Below are positions 30,040-41,056 of a DNA stretch of 64,000 bases, piece by piece. Source of the DNA: an uncultured Gammaproteobacteria bacterium (lineage in GTDB: Bacteria > Patescibacteriota > Patescibacteriia > CAZGFX01); NCBI GenBank assembly GCA_964524845.1, contig CAZGFX010000002.1, positions 85,389 to 149,388 on the forward strand. Direction: 5' to 3'. The notes beneath the pieces are model-generated. The model was not told where the DNA came from. It worked only from the letters and a program-made list of their open reading frames with translations, and searched no databases. Made by a program: the position numbers and the translations under genes. Within the stretch, counting starts at the first letter, position 1; each line of letters begins with the position of its first letter.

Positions 30040-31398
30040 ATGTTCTCTCTAAAAACAAAAAGAATATTATATATATGCGCATTTCTTGTTTTTTTTATAT
30101 GCGTTCCAATTATTATAGGATATAGCTCGGGTTTTCGTATTAATTGGAATAATTTTAGAATATTCAAAACAGGACTTCTATATTTAGAAACAATTCCTCG
30201 TCTCGTAAAAATAGATATAGGAGGTAAAACCATGACGAAATTAACTCCTTACCGTGCCAACAACCTGTATCCAGGAAATTACATTGTCAGCATACACAAA
30301 GATGGTTATTACAGCTGGCAAAAAGAAGTATCGATTCAATCTGGAGAAAGCACCTTATATAAAAATATTCGTCTTTTTCCAATATCGACGCCACGACAAC
30401 TAATCTCAAAAATAAAAAACACGAAAGATTATAATAAACATGGAATTATTTTTGAAACTGATTCTGAATACGAATATTATATGTATGATGATTCATCTCC
30501 ACGTATAACAATACCAAAAACAACAATATCGAAACCACCGATCCTTAATCGCACAGAAAACGCACTTATATATAAAAAAGACGATGTTTATATAATAGAA
30601 AAAATTGGTATAACTCGTTCGATTAACAAAATACCCGAGAAAACAAACGAAACAAATATTCGTTCCGAAAAAAATATAATAGAAAAAGAGCAAAAGAAAG
30701 AAGATTTCCGCACTCACATTCAAGAAATATACTGGGCTAATACAGATACAGTCATATATATTGATGATAATAATACTGTTTTTGGTTATACAATCAATGA
30801 TTCACAACCTATTTTGCTTGATAAGAAAAAAAACCAAAAAGATATATATTTTAAATGGGGTGGAAATTTTTATAAAATAACAAATGATGACGACTCTTCT
30901 TTTGTCCAAGAATTAACCGAAGATGCTTCGTGGAACACTTCGTTTATTCTACCAAAAAGTCTATCTATTACATATCGATATGACATAATGAACTCTTTAC
31001 TTAATCTACTGGATACGGAACGAAATATCTGGTATCAACTTCATCCACAAACGTTCACATACTCAATTATTCAAAACGCTTCTTGTATTCAACCGCTTCG
31101 CAAAGACACAACATCATATTACAATGATCACGAGGTGTTTAGTATCAAAGACTCAGAGCGCCCTGTTTTATTAACTCGATCTTCTATTCCAATAAAAAGA
31201 TCGTTTATTCTTCCTGATCAGTCATATTTTTTTATTCTTTATGCAAATGGAGACCTAACAATCAATGAAAACGATACGAAAGGAAAAAGAAATATAATTA
31301 CAATTGCAAACTCCGTCGAAGATTTTTTTGTACATCCGTCATTTTCAAAAATATATATAATAAAAGAAGACACGCTCTTAAGTATGTCTATTGAATAG
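30040..31398 (+). CDS. hypothetical membrane-anchored protein
   Basis: 452 aa; N-terminal TM; large extracytoplasmic domain. Confidence 0.5.
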   Translation: MFSLKTKRILYICAFLVFFICVPIIIGYSSGFRINWNNFRIFKTGLLYLETIPRLVKIDIGGKTMTKLTPYRANNLYPGNYIVSIHKDGYYSWQKEVSIQSGESTLYKNIRLFPISTPRQLISKIKNTKDYNKHGIIFETDSEYEYYMYDDSSPRITIPKTTISKPPILNRTENALIYKKDDVYIIEKIGITRSINKIPEKTNETNIRSEKNIIEKEQKKEDFRTHIQEIYWANTDTVIYIDDNNTVFGYTINDSQPILLDKKKNQKDIYFKWGGNFYKITNDDDSSFVQELTEDASWNTSFILPKSLSITYRYDIMNSLLNLLDTERNIWYQLHPQTFTYSIIQNASCIQPLRKDTTSYYNDHEVFSIKDSERPVLLTRSSIPIKRSFILPDQSYFFILYANGDLTINENDTKGKRNIITIANSVEDFFVHPSFSKIYIIKEDTLLSMSIE

Positions 31399-31415
31399 TA
31401 ATACTTGAAAAAAAT

Positions 31416-32519
31416 TTATAAAAAACGACTCACCCACCCAATACATCTCTCAACTATTTTAAGTTTGTACTTAGCATACCACGGTGATTTAAACTCATAA
31501 TAATGAGATCCTGATATAATTCCTTCTGTATCAGAAACTATATCCTGAACGACACTGGGATCGGAAACAACGATGCTATTTTCATAATTATACTCCTTAC
31601 TTCTATTATCAAAATTATATGATCCGAGAACCACTCTTTTCTCATCTGCTATAATTGTTTTTGAATGCAACTTTCCAGGCCAAAGAAAGGTTTTGATTGG
31701 ACGATTAATATTATTATATTCGTATAAAAGTCGAAGCCTGGCAAATATAACCCATCGTAAAAAAGCCGTCTCATATCTACCAGGAAGAACAATAGTAACA
31801 GAAACACCTCTATCTAAAGCGTCCTGTAAAGACTTTATAATATCATCGGATGGTAAAAAATACGTATGCATAAAAATAAGAGATTTTGATGCACTTTTTA
31901 TAAGTGAAATAATCTGATCATGAATAATGTTTTTTCCCCAAGGAAATTTATTAAAAAAAGAAAAGTGTTCATGAATATAAAAAACAGGAAGACGCACTCC
32001 TTTTTGTATAAAATAATTTAGCTTCTGAACACTTTTTACCAAACCTTTGTTTGCTATTACGAGTCCGGAGTCAACCCACTTATCATGCGCCCTTTCTCCA
32101 TAAAACTCACTCGATATGTTTACACCACCTATAAGAATTATACGATTATCTATTACAAGTAGTTTATGATGATTAACCTCGATAAATGTCGAAAAAAGTC
32201 TTTTCAATCGAGATGTTTTATAAGGATTATGAGCATAAACCTCAACTCCGTTTTCTTCGAGTCTTTGAAAAAAACTTCTTTTTGTTAGGACACATCCGTG
32301 AGCATCGTATATCAAACGTACACGAACACCACTTCTGGCCTTGTTTATAATAGCTAAGGAGAATCTTTCTCCTATCTCATCATCCTCAACTTGATAAAAA
32401 TTCGCCTCAATACTTTCTGTGGCTTTTTCAATAAGCGAAAAAATCTCATCTAGAACTTTTTTGCCAGAATTAAGAAAATATAAATGCTTGTTTTTTGGTT
32501 TTATACCAAACTTATACAT
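31416..32519 (-). CDS. phospholipase D family protein, cardiolipin synthase B-like
   Basis: Two HKD motifs: HHKLLVIDNRIILIGGVNIS and HSKTIIADEKRVVLGSYNFDNRS; no TM segment. Confidence 0.75.
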   Translation of the reverse strand: MYKFGIKPKNKHLYFLNSGKKVLDEIFSLIEKATESIEANFYQVEDDEIGERFSLAIINKARSGVRVRLIYDAHGCVLTKRSFFQRLEENGVEVYAHNPYKTSRLKRLFSTFIEVNHHKLLVIDNRIILIGGVNISSEFYGERAHDKWVDSGLVIANKGLVKSVQKLNYFIQKGVRLPVFYIHEHFSFFNKFPWGKNIIHDQIISLIKSASKSLIFMHTYFLPSDDIIKSLQDALDRGVSVTIVLPGRYETAFLRWVIFARLRLLYEYNNINRPIKTFLWPGKLHSKTIIADEKRVVLGSYNFDNRSKEYNYENSIVVSDPSVVQDIVSDTEGIISGSHYYEFKSPWYAKYKLKIVERCIGWVSRFL

Positions 32520-32541
32520 ATTGTAATAAATTTAAAAAACT

Positions 32542-32925
32542 CTATCTATACGCCACAACAGGAATTGATATACTCAATAAACACATTGTTCCAAAAATAA
32601 TTGTGTCATAAGGAGAAACCATATCAATACGATTATATATGAGCATCGACAAACACAAAAGAAGCAATGTCCAGACTCCTATCTTCCATGTTTTTTTCCA
32701 AACTGAAATATCTTTTTTAAAAGATGGTCCAAGAGAAGCGCATACTCCAATAATTATAATAAAAAGACAAACACGCGAGAGATCTATCCAATTACTAAAA
32801 AAACCTGGTTTAACATATTCAAACACAAAAGCCATTATCACAGCAGTACTGAATATATCAAAAATCGCCCCGCACACAGACTGAAATACCGATGTTGTTT
32901 TTGCCTTTATGTCTAATATTTTCAT
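32542..32925 (-). CDS. small membrane protein
   Basis: 127 aa, 4 hydrophobic segments. Confidence 0.4.
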   Translation of the reverse strand: MKILDIKAKTTSVFQSVCGAIFDIFSTAVIMAFVFEYVKPGFFSNWIDLSRVCLFIIIIGVCASLGPSFKKDISVWKKTWKIGVWTLLLLCLSMLIYNRIDMVSPYDTIIFGTMCLLSISIPVVAYR

Positions 32926-32929
32926 ACAA

Positions 32930-34408
32930 TTACTTCATAAATGCATTATAATACGTTTTAATGTTTTTCCAAAAAAACGCCTTTTCTTTGAAAAAAGATA
33001 CTTTTATTTTTCTAACCCTAAGGCGCTCATTACGTTCATTGAGATAAGGAGAAGAAACGATGAGTCGGGTCGTTCCTTTTGTAATTGCAATATTGGAAAG
33101 ATTGAAGGTCGTCTCAATTTTTCTCCATATATCATCAATATTCTGTGGGATAATATATTTTGCATAAATAAAACGAACAGAATCAAAATTTGTAGTATCA
33201 CCCAAAAGCATTTCTTTTGGATTAAAAAATGTGTCCCTCGAAAAGGAAAACAACCCATTTCCTGTAACAATTACGTCGTTTAAAGGAATTAATAGAGTGT
33301 TTTCTTGTTTTTCGTTTGAATAACCAACAGGAGTAAATGTGTTCGCTATTTCTACAGGAAATTCACCGACACGCACTGTTTGAAGTCCAAGCTTGTGGTG
33401 TGTTTTAAATAAAAACGTATTACTATTTGTAAAAACTATTGATGGGTCAAATTTTAAATCAATTAGACCATCCGCATACTCTCTGCTATCAACTGGATAT
33501 ATTTTATTAATAAAAGTTATGTATTGTTGAGCAGTATCAATACCCCTAATAAGAATATCATCGTTACATTGTACTTCTATCCGATAAGCTCCTTCTGATA
33601 ATCCTGTTTGATAGAGTGAAATTATACGTTTTGGAGTAGCTGGATCTTTGTCGCTCACCAAACCATCATCTGCAAACACCTGGTTGAATTTCAAATTTCC
33701 CCCCATATCATAAATAGAAACCGAAACGATATCAGGTCCGATGTTTCGGTTTATATCCTGAAAAATTATTTTAGTATCAAGTGGCTCTTCATTTCCAATA
33801 TATGTATAAAACTGATGAGCCCCTCGAAGCGAATTGTTCATTACAAGTCTTTTGTCAGAAACTTTATAATCACGAATCTTAAAAGAAGGTACATCAGTAA
33901 TTGAATAATATACAACACCTTTTTCATCTCGAACATGAGATACGAAATCATCAATTGAAGAATATTTTTTATCTCTTTGCCACAATACGTATCCGTCTTT
34001 TTCCAATCTTTTCCATTTCAAATCATTAAGTTTTTTATAATCAACGGTGGACAGTTCATATCCCCATGATATAGCATCTTTTAGTGCTCCAACTTGAACC
34101 AGATCCTGTTCGTGTGTTCGATATTCCATTTCTAATTTCATTTTTTCATAACCCATTGGTATTCTCACATCAACATAAACAGGTTCTACGATGATATCAT
34201 CGGTCACGTATCCTTCTGTCTCGTTTCGTTCAATTCTGCCATATGGAAAAAAAGAAGAAATTACCGGTGAGTCGTGCACAATATCATAAGTAAATGACAA
34301 TGATCGCACAAACCCCATATCAATATAAAAAGCGTATGCAAATGCGCTTACGCATACCACAATACACAAGAATCGAATAATTTGAATATAGATGTTATTT
34401 CTTTCCAT
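32930..34408 (-). CDS. hypothetical membrane-anchored protein
   Basis: 492 aa; N-terminal TM (IIRFLCIVVCVSAFAYAFYI); overlaps downstream gene start by 14 bp. Confidence 0.5.
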   Translation of the reverse strand: MERNNIYIQIIRFLCIVVCVSAFAYAFYIDMGFVRSLSFTYDIVHDSPVISSFFPYGRIERNETEGYVTDDIIVEPVYVDVRIPMGYEKMKLEMEYRTHEQDLVQVGALKDAISWGYELSTVDYKKLNDLKWKRLEKDGYVLWQRDKKYSSIDDFVSHVRDEKGVVYYSITDVPSFKIRDYKVSDKRLVMNNSLRGAHQFYTYIGNEEPLDTKIIFQDINRNIGPDIVSVSIYDMGGNLKFNQVFADDGLVSDKDPATPKRIISLYQTGLSEGAYRIEVQCNDDILIRGIDTAQQYITFINKIYPVDSREYADGLIDLKFDPSIVFTNSNTFLFKTHHKLGLQTVRVGEFPVEIANTFTPVGYSNEKQENTLLIPLNDVIVTGNGLFSFSRDTFFNPKEMLLGDTTNFDSVRFIYAKYIIPQNIDDIWRKIETTFNLSNIAITKGTTRLIVSSPYLNERNERLRVRKIKVSFFKEKAFFWKNIKTYYNAFMK

Positions 34409-36185
34409 TGTTTTCTAAAATCTCGATCTTATATAAAGACTCTTTTGTATCAAAACGAATGTTGTTTATCTTCCTAACATATATACCAAGTGGTTTTATT
34501 TTTTCATTAAAATACCAAAGCTCAAACTTACCCATTGTGAAATAATGCCAATATACCGGAACCCCTTGTATAACGAGCTCTTTCGCGATTTCAGACATTT
34601 TGTCTTGCTCCAACGATGGCATTACTCTCCTGACATGAATATAATTTTTATCTTGATTTACCTGAGAAATGACAGCATTTTCTTCTGTCACAGAAAGTAT
34701 GCTTTGCACTTTTTTATATCCAAAATCAATGGCTTTTGAAATTGAAATAAGTCCATCATACTTATCAAGAAATGCATCTCGAACACCAGCTCCAACCAAT
34801 CCGCACACAATACAAATAGCAAAAACTTTGTTTTTCCAATTTATATTCCAACCCCGCATAATCGCATAGGAAACATAAGGGATAACAAATATATAAATTG
34901 GCAACCAGTATCTGGTATGAGAATCACCGATGCTTATTTTCTGAACTGTATTATCAAAAAAATTCCACGATCCGTATAAAAGTATTAGAATCAAAGAAAC
35001 AAATACAAACCAAGAGAAAAAAACAATTGATCGAATATGGTTTCTCAGTACACGAATACCCTTTCGATTGATGGCTATTATAATATCCCCCACCGTAATA
35101 ATAAAGCCAAGCACAAACAAAAGTAAGTAATACCAAAAATTATTAATTATAAAATTACTCACTGTATTTATAATGGTTGATAAATCAAATCCGAAAGGAG
35201 CAATAAACAATCGAAGCAAGTGTCCAATTTCTCCGAGCTTGCCACGAACAAAAATATCAGAAATTATATAACCGTAACCCATGTCTGTGGCATATCCCAC
35301 AGACACCGCAGTACCATAATATTTGATATTAAAAAGAAATACAGGAGTGAGCATTGCGCACATTACAAATAATATCAAAATACTTCGAAGTAATGTTTGT
35401 TTTATTGTTGTGCGCGAAATAAATGCAGCCACAATAACAGAAAGAACAAGAACGAAAACTTCCGAGCTCCGTACCATAAGCGCCATACCCAAAACAAGAC
35501 CAGATAATACTCCATATAAATAGTTTTGCCATTTTGTACTTATTATTTGTCCTGCATAAATACACAAAGCCGTCCCAATAAGCCAAAGATCTACAAACAA
35601 CATGTTATGCATTAGTGATCTGTTTTGCCAATACACAACAGCCGGAAAAAACGCCGTGATAACAACGGTGAGAAGGGCTGTCTTTTTTTCAAAAAATATT
35701 TGCACAATATAATACAATGATCCGAGCCCAATCAAGGTAAAAATAAATAAATAAAAAGGTACAGCGGACATTCCAAACAATTTTGCGAGAGTACCGAATA
35801 AAAGTGGCATACCTATAAAACTTGTTGGAATCTGATATAAAGAATCAACTATTCGAACACTTCTCGGAACAACAACCGGAAGCGATATTTTTGAATTTAT
35901 ATCATCAACAAACGCAAGTGTTGTGTTACGAGCAAATTGTGATATATATCTATAATTTGCAGTACCATCTGGTGAATTATCAAGAACAAAATTATATTCC
36001 GGATAATTCGCGCGTAATTCCGTACGAGCTGGTGTATATACGCTTATGAATGGAAGAAAGTTATAAATAAAAAAGAGAAGAAGTACAATACAACCTCCCA
36101 CAAACCACTTCCAATTTTCTTTTATAATTGTTATAAAAACATTATAATAACGCAAAAATATCAATTTCATGCTTCTATTGTACAC
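34395..36185 (-). CDS. GT-C fold membrane glycosyltransferase candidate (PMT/ArnT-like)
   Basis: 596 aa; multi-TM N-terminal half with acidic DD motif in first loop (LAFVDDINSK), C-terminal soluble domain; architecture like polyprenol-phosphate-sugar dependent transferases. Confidence 0.45.
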   Translation of the reverse strand: MYNRSMKLIFLRYYNVFITIIKENWKWFVGGCIVLLLFFIYNFLPFISVYTPARTELRANYPEYNFVLDNSPDGTANYRYISQFARNTTLAFVDDINSKISLPVVVPRSVRIVDSLYQIPTSFIGMPLLFGTLAKLFGMSAVPFYLFIFTLIGLGSLYYIVQIFFEKKTALLTVVITAFFPAVVYWQNRSLMHNMLFVDLWLIGTALCIYAGQIISTKWQNYLYGVLSGLVLGMALMVRSSEVFVLVLSVIVAAFISRTTIKQTLLRSILILFVMCAMLTPVFLFNIKYYGTAVSVGYATDMGYGYIISDIFVRGKLGEIGHLLRLFIAPFGFDLSTIINTVSNFIINNFWYYLLLFVLGFIITVGDIIIAINRKGIRVLRNHIRSIVFFSWFVFVSLILILLYGSWNFFDNTVQKISIGDSHTRYWLPIYIFVIPYVSYAIMRGWNINWKNKVFAICIVCGLVGAGVRDAFLDKYDGLISISKAIDFGYKKVQSILSVTEENAVISQVNQDKNYIHVRRVMPSLEQDKMSEIAKELVIQGVPVYWHYFTMGKFELWYFNEKIKPLGIYVRKINNIRFDTKESLYKIEILENNGKK

Positions 36186-36239
36186 TATATAAATCCAATT
36201 AAAAAGTGTACAATATCCTCATGCTCACTCTATAATTCT

Positions 36240-37682
36240 ATGAAAATGAACGACATTTTACGGCAAGTTTTTCACAATTTTGTCTGGTATGGAACTGCCG
36301 AGGGAGTTACATTAGGAATCGGTTTCATTGTTATATCACTTATTTCTCGATATCTAGGAAGTGAGCAATTTGGGTATTATACTTATGCTTTTGCATTTGC
36401 CGGTATTTTTACCGTTATTATAGATGCTGGTTTAACTGTTTTTGCATATAGATATATACGAGATTTTCCTCAAAAAATAGCATTTTTCAGAAAACATGTT
36501 GCATATATCAAAATTATTTTTGGTATCATATCAGCATTATTCATCGTTGGATTACAGTTTTTGATACTTGGGAAAAACGATTATGTCGTCAGCATCACGG
36601 TTATAATTCTTTTACATTTCTTATTTTTATCATTATCCGATTTTTTACGAGCGCTTCTTCGTATATACAACAACATTCGTACCGAAACAATATTTCGAAT
36701 TTTTCAATATATATTACTCGTTATTTTGATATGGTGCTGTATATTACAAGACGCTGGACTTATGGGCATAGTATGGTCATATGCGATAAGCGCCGGAGTA
36801 GGATTTTTTGGCATATGGATATATACGACAAGATATTGCAAAAATAACACGTGCGAAAAAAAAGATGAAAAAGAAAAAACAATTGATACACAATATGCGT
36901 TTTCTTTATTAAAAACATCATGGCCACTTGCTGCATCCGCTTTGTTCATATCGATATATTATTATATTGATACAATTTTAATTGATTTTTGGTGGCCAGC
37001 AAACGAGCTTGGTTTGTATGGAGCCGCATATAAACTTCTCATAATATCTCTTACCGGAGCATTTGCGCTTGTAAATATACTTCAGCCACTTCTTCCAAAA
37101 ATAAAAAAAGAACATCCGAATATTTTTAACGATTTTCTTAAAATAATAATCCGAGGAATCGTTATTGTAATTATTCCAATTATCATAGCGTGTGGCATAT
37201 ATGCACGACCTATTGTCGTATTTATATTTGGCGAATCGTTTGCGGATGCGGCGCCCGTATTCCAAATATTGATATTTTCAGCTTTTTTTACTTATATTGG
37301 AGCGACACTCAGCGCAACTCTTCAGACTGTTTTTTCTCCTATTACATATACGAAAATTGTAGCGTTTGGCGCTTTTTGTAACATAGTACTTAATCTGCTT
37401 GTTATTCCTCATTATGGAATTACGGGCGCCGCATGGGTTACACTTATTACAGAGTTCGTTGTCACAGTTTATATGCTTAAAAAAACAGCAGAGAATACTG
37501 GTATATACGATATTTTTAATTCGCGATTTATTTGTTTCGTACTTGTTGTATGCGGTATACTTATAACACCATTCTTGTTCGCGGATTATTATACTTCTTT
37601 ATTCGTTTTTCTTGTGATGTGTTGTATATATATTGTAATAACTTTTTATTGGTTTTTTAAAAAGATTTTTCGATACCAATGA
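36240..37682 (+). CDS. polysaccharide biosynthesis protein / flippase (Wzx-like, MOP superfamily)
   Basis: 480 aa, about 12-14 TM; 4-bp overlap (ATGA) with next gene. Confidence 0.7.
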   Translation: MKMNDILRQVFHNFVWYGTAEGVTLGIGFIVISLISRYLGSEQFGYYTYAFAFAGIFTVIIDAGLTVFAYRYIRDFPQKIAFFRKHVAYIKIIFGIISALFIVGLQFLILGKNDYVVSITVIILLHFLFLSLSDFLRALLRIYNNIRTETIFRIFQYILLVILIWCCILQDAGLMGIVWSYAISAGVGFFGIWIYTTRYCKNNTCEKKDEKEKTIDTQYAFSLLKTSWPLAASALFISIYYYIDTILIDFWWPANELGLYGAAYKLLIISLTGAFALVNILQPLLPKIKKEHPNIFNDFLKIIIRGIVIVIIPIIIACGIYARPIVVFIFGESFADAAPVFQILIFSAFFTYIGATLSATLQTVFSPITYTKIVAFGAFCNIVLNLLVIPHYGITGAAWVTLITEFVVTVYMLKKTAENTGIYDIFNSRFICFVLVVCGILITPFLFADYYTSLFVFLVMCCIYIVITFYWFFKKIFRYQ

Positions 37683-39784
37683 TATTTTCTTTTAATAGAA
37701 TTGTTATTATTGCAATTCACCTCCTAGTGATCTCCTGTTTTGTTGTATTACAATTTTATTTTCATATTCAATCACCTTATATTACAGGATTAATCGTTCT
37801 TATGGGTGGTGTGGTCTCAGGAATAGGATTTATAAAACATAAACCTTTTTCTCAACAAATAATATTCGGATTACTGATATTTGTTTCATTTATTATTATT
37901 TTTAATACTGTTGCGTATTATCTTTATTTTGTAACAAACGACGTTTTGTATGGATCTCTTGTCATAGCATATGTTCTTCCTGTTTTTTTCTTAAAAAGAA
38001 ATTACACATTATCAATAGAAACGAAGGGGTTATTTACTAATAATACATTTATATCGGCTCTTTTATTTATTGCATATATTGTACTTTTTTTAACTATTGC
38101 ACATATTCTAGCTCACAATCCAATCACAATCGCTACGAGATCGCTCTGGGGATTGATCCCTTCGTATATTTTTCCAATATATATACTCACCACAATAACA
38201 CTTCTTCTTCTTATCGCCCAAAGAAACGCATTTGTTTCAATGGTTTGTATCGGATTACATTATTTACTCACTTTTTCTTGTATATGGATGACTTATAAGC
38301 TCGGATATGGCTTTGATCCATTCCTTCATCAGGCATCAGAAAAAATACTTATTGAAACCGGAACACTGCTTCCAAAGCCTCCTTATTATATCGGACAATA
38401 TGTAACAATTGCATCATTACATTCTTTCTTTAATATTTCAATCACATACGCCGATCGACTATTGGTTCCGATCGGAGCCGCACTAACTATACCTTTTGTA
38501 ATTTATTCAGTATTCAAAGATTCGTTCACCAGTTCGCATAAGCTTCTTCCTTTTCTTTCTCTTATTCCCTTATGCTTCGTATTCAATGAATTCACATATA
38601 CTACACCTCAATCATTTGCAAATCTGTGGGCATTTTTGACTGTACTTCTCAGTATTTATTATATTGGCGATGATGATATACCGTTTTTGGTTATCGGACT
38701 TCCCGCACTTGTCGCACTTTGTATACATCCATTAGCAGGTATTCCGATTTTCTTTTTTGTTATTATTGTAGCATTTTATCACCGCATTCAGCACAAGCTT
38801 CCAATTGGAAAACAGCTTCGACGCATTATTTTCTGGCAGCTTGTTGCCTTGAGTATTATTATCCTTCCGCTAGCGTTTATTCTTAATTCGACAACAGGTT
38901 CTACCGGAACAGAAAGTACACAACAAGGTATTATTACAACACTACTCGCGGCATTTCCAAAAATATATTGGCACGATTTTCACTCTGTTATTAATATTGT
39001 TTATACATATATATACAATGAAAAAATGATTTTCATTGTGTGTGCACTGATCGGTCTCCTTGTCGTTGCTCGTAAACAAAAAACAAGATTTTTTTTAATC
39101 TATCCGCTCTATTTCGGAGCACTTATTATCACATATATTATTTTATCAACAAAAGTTGATTTTTCTTTTTTAATATCATATGAACAAAATATATTTCCCA
39201 CTAGGGTATTGAAAATGAGTTTTCTAGCTCTATATCCACTTGTTCTTATTTGTGCATATTTTTTCATTCAAAAAATTAACAAGAAATCTCCTTCTCATAC
39301 CATATTCTTTATATTTTGTGGCGCAATTATGATTGGTAGCGCATGGTATGCGTCATATCCTCGTTTTGACGATATTTATAAGGATAAGGGATATAATACA
39401 TCAAACACAGATTTTAAAATCGTAAACGCACTAGACCAAGCAAATAAAAACAATAATTACATTGTACTTGCAAATCAGGCCGTATCCGCCGCAGCAATAC
39501 AAGAGTTTGGTTTTAAAAAATATTATACTGATAAAAACGTATTTTTCTATCCTATTCCGACATCGGGCCCTCTATATTCCATATATACTGACATGGTGTA
39601 CAACACTCCGTCTAGAGAAAAGGCGGCGGACGCAGCTCTTCTTACTGATGTTAATAATGTATTTTTTGTAGTAAATAAATACTGGGTAAATTATGATGTT
39701 GTTGTTGAACGAGCAAAAGCAAGTGCAACAGAATGGTGGTCTGTTGACGATGGAAATGCACATGTTTTTTATTATAAATTTTAA
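37679..39784 (+). CDS. large polytopic membrane protein (possible glycan polymerase or GT-C transferase)
   Basis: 701 aa, at least 14 hydrophobic helices plus C-terminal soluble domain; translationally coupled to flippase. Confidence 0.45.
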   Translation: MIFSFNRIVIIAIHLLVISCFVVLQFYFHIQSPYITGLIVLMGGVVSGIGFIKHKPFSQQIIFGLLIFVSFIIIFNTVAYYLYFVTNDVLYGSLVIAYVLPVFFLKRNYTLSIETKGLFTNNTFISALLFIAYIVLFLTIAHILAHNPITIATRSLWGLIPSYIFPIYILTTITLLLLIAQRNAFVSMVCIGLHYLLTFSCIWMTYKLGYGFDPFLHQASEKILIETGTLLPKPPYYIGQYVTIASLHSFFNISITYADRLLVPIGAALTIPFVIYSVFKDSFTSSHKLLPFLSLIPLCFVFNEFTYTTPQSFANLWAFLTVLLSIYYIGDDDIPFLVIGLPALVALCIHPLAGIPIFFFVIIVAFYHRIQHKLPIGKQLRRIIFWQLVALSIIILPLAFILNSTTGSTGTESTQQGIITTLLAAFPKIYWHDFHSVINIVYTYIYNEKMIFIVCALIGLLVVARKQKTRFFLIYPLYFGALIITYIILSTKVDFSFLISYEQNIFPTRVLKMSFLALYPLVLICAYFFIQKINKKSPSHTIFFIFCGAIMIGSAWYASYPRFDDIYKDKGYNTSNTDFKIVNALDQANKNNNYIVLANQAVSAAAIQEFGFKKYYTDKNVFFYPIPTSGPLYSIYTDMVYNTPSREKAADAALLTDVNNVFFVVNKYWVNYDVVVERAKASATEWWSVDDGNAHVFYYKF

Positions 39785-39817
39785 CACGCGCATTATCCAA
39801 ATAATGTTCTTGGTGTT

Positions 39818-41056
39818 TTATTTTAATTTAGCCTCGATTTCTTTAAAATAATTATCAAATGTGAGATGCTCGACTGATTTTATACATGCTTGACGCATAT
39901 TATAAAAACATGATGGATCTTGTTTTTTCATCTCAACAAGTTGTTTGAGACGACGACGAAAATCATTATCACTTTTAAATGTCCATCCGTTAATTCCTTC
40001 TTCGATAAGTTCTGCGGCACCACCTATGTCTCTGGTAAGAACCGGGACGCCGTTGCGCAAAGACTCAACAATAGATGTAGGAAAGTTTTCATATACCAGC
40101 GTCGGTAATACACTAATGTCATAACTTTGAAAAACGAAATCTATTTCATCATTGTCACATACTCCACACAAGTTCACTGATGGATATTTATTTTTTATTA
40201 TTTCAACAGCGAGCCCTCGTCCATAAATAAAAAGATTGATATCATTCATAGTGGATATTATAGAACACAAGCCCAAAATCCCTTTGTATTCCGCCACTTG
40301 TCCTACATATACCATTGAAATTGGTAAACTAGCAATGTTGGGTGGCAAAAACTTTTTTGGTTTTTTATACAAAGGATTTCTTATTACAGCCTCATGCCCA
40401 TCATTAAAAAGATTTTTTGTTTGATAATATTCTTTCAAAAAAAACGAAGGAAAAATGAGACAATTTGGACTTTTCCACACAATTTTTATAAGTCTGGTAT
40501 ACATCCATATGATGAAAAAATTATTAAAAAAAGAATGTTCTTTTCCTAAAAACAAAAGCCCCGACGGATTGGCATATTGTATGTCGTGCACTGTATGAAC
40601 CCATTTAACCGATGATAATGTAGTACATACACGCACAATTCCTTTGAGACCAAAACCTTTTATATTGTGGGTAAAAACAGTATCTATTGAATGTGTACGA
40701 ATATAATCTTTCAGTTTTCTTTCATAAGCGGAAGAAAAAATATCATATACATGCCAAAAAAGACGTCGTAAAATATTAAAAGAGTCTATATTCAAAAGAT
40801 TGATATCTGATAAATTTTTCCAATAAACATATACTATACCGTCTCTAATTTCTTTCTTATCACTATTAGTATGTAAAGAAACAACATGTACATTATAACC
40901 TCTCTCGACACAAGCGTTTGCAAGATTACGAGCAACAACTTCCGCGCCACTTTTTTCATTTGGATAAAACAATGATGATATAATAAGAATATTTTTCATC
41001 TTTTTTGTGATTCGCTCATAAGAAATCGCTCTAACGCTTCTACGTGTATTGGCCAC
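39818..41056 (-). CDS. glycosyltransferase family 4
   Basis: ENFPTSIVESLRNGVPVLTRDIGGAAELIEEGINGWTF. Confidence 0.75.
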   Translation of the reverse strand: MANTRRSVRAISYERITKKMKNILIISSLFYPNEKSGAEVVARNLANACVERGYNVHVVSLHTNSDKKEIRDGIVYVYWKNLSDINLLNIDSFNILRRLFWHVYDIFSSAYERKLKDYIRTHSIDTVFTHNIKGFGLKGIVRVCTTLSSVKWVHTVHDIQYANPSGLLFLGKEHSFFNNFFIIWMYTRLIKIVWKSPNCLIFPSFFLKEYYQTKNLFNDGHEAVIRNPLYKKPKKFLPPNIASLPISMVYVGQVAEYKGILGLCSIISTMNDINLFIYGRGLAVEIIKNKYPSVNLCGVCDNDEIDFVFQSYDISVLPTLVYENFPTSIVESLRNGVPVLTRDIGGAAELIEEGINGWTFKSDNDFRRRLKQLVEMKKQDPSCFYNMRQACIKSVEHLTFDNYFKEIEAKLK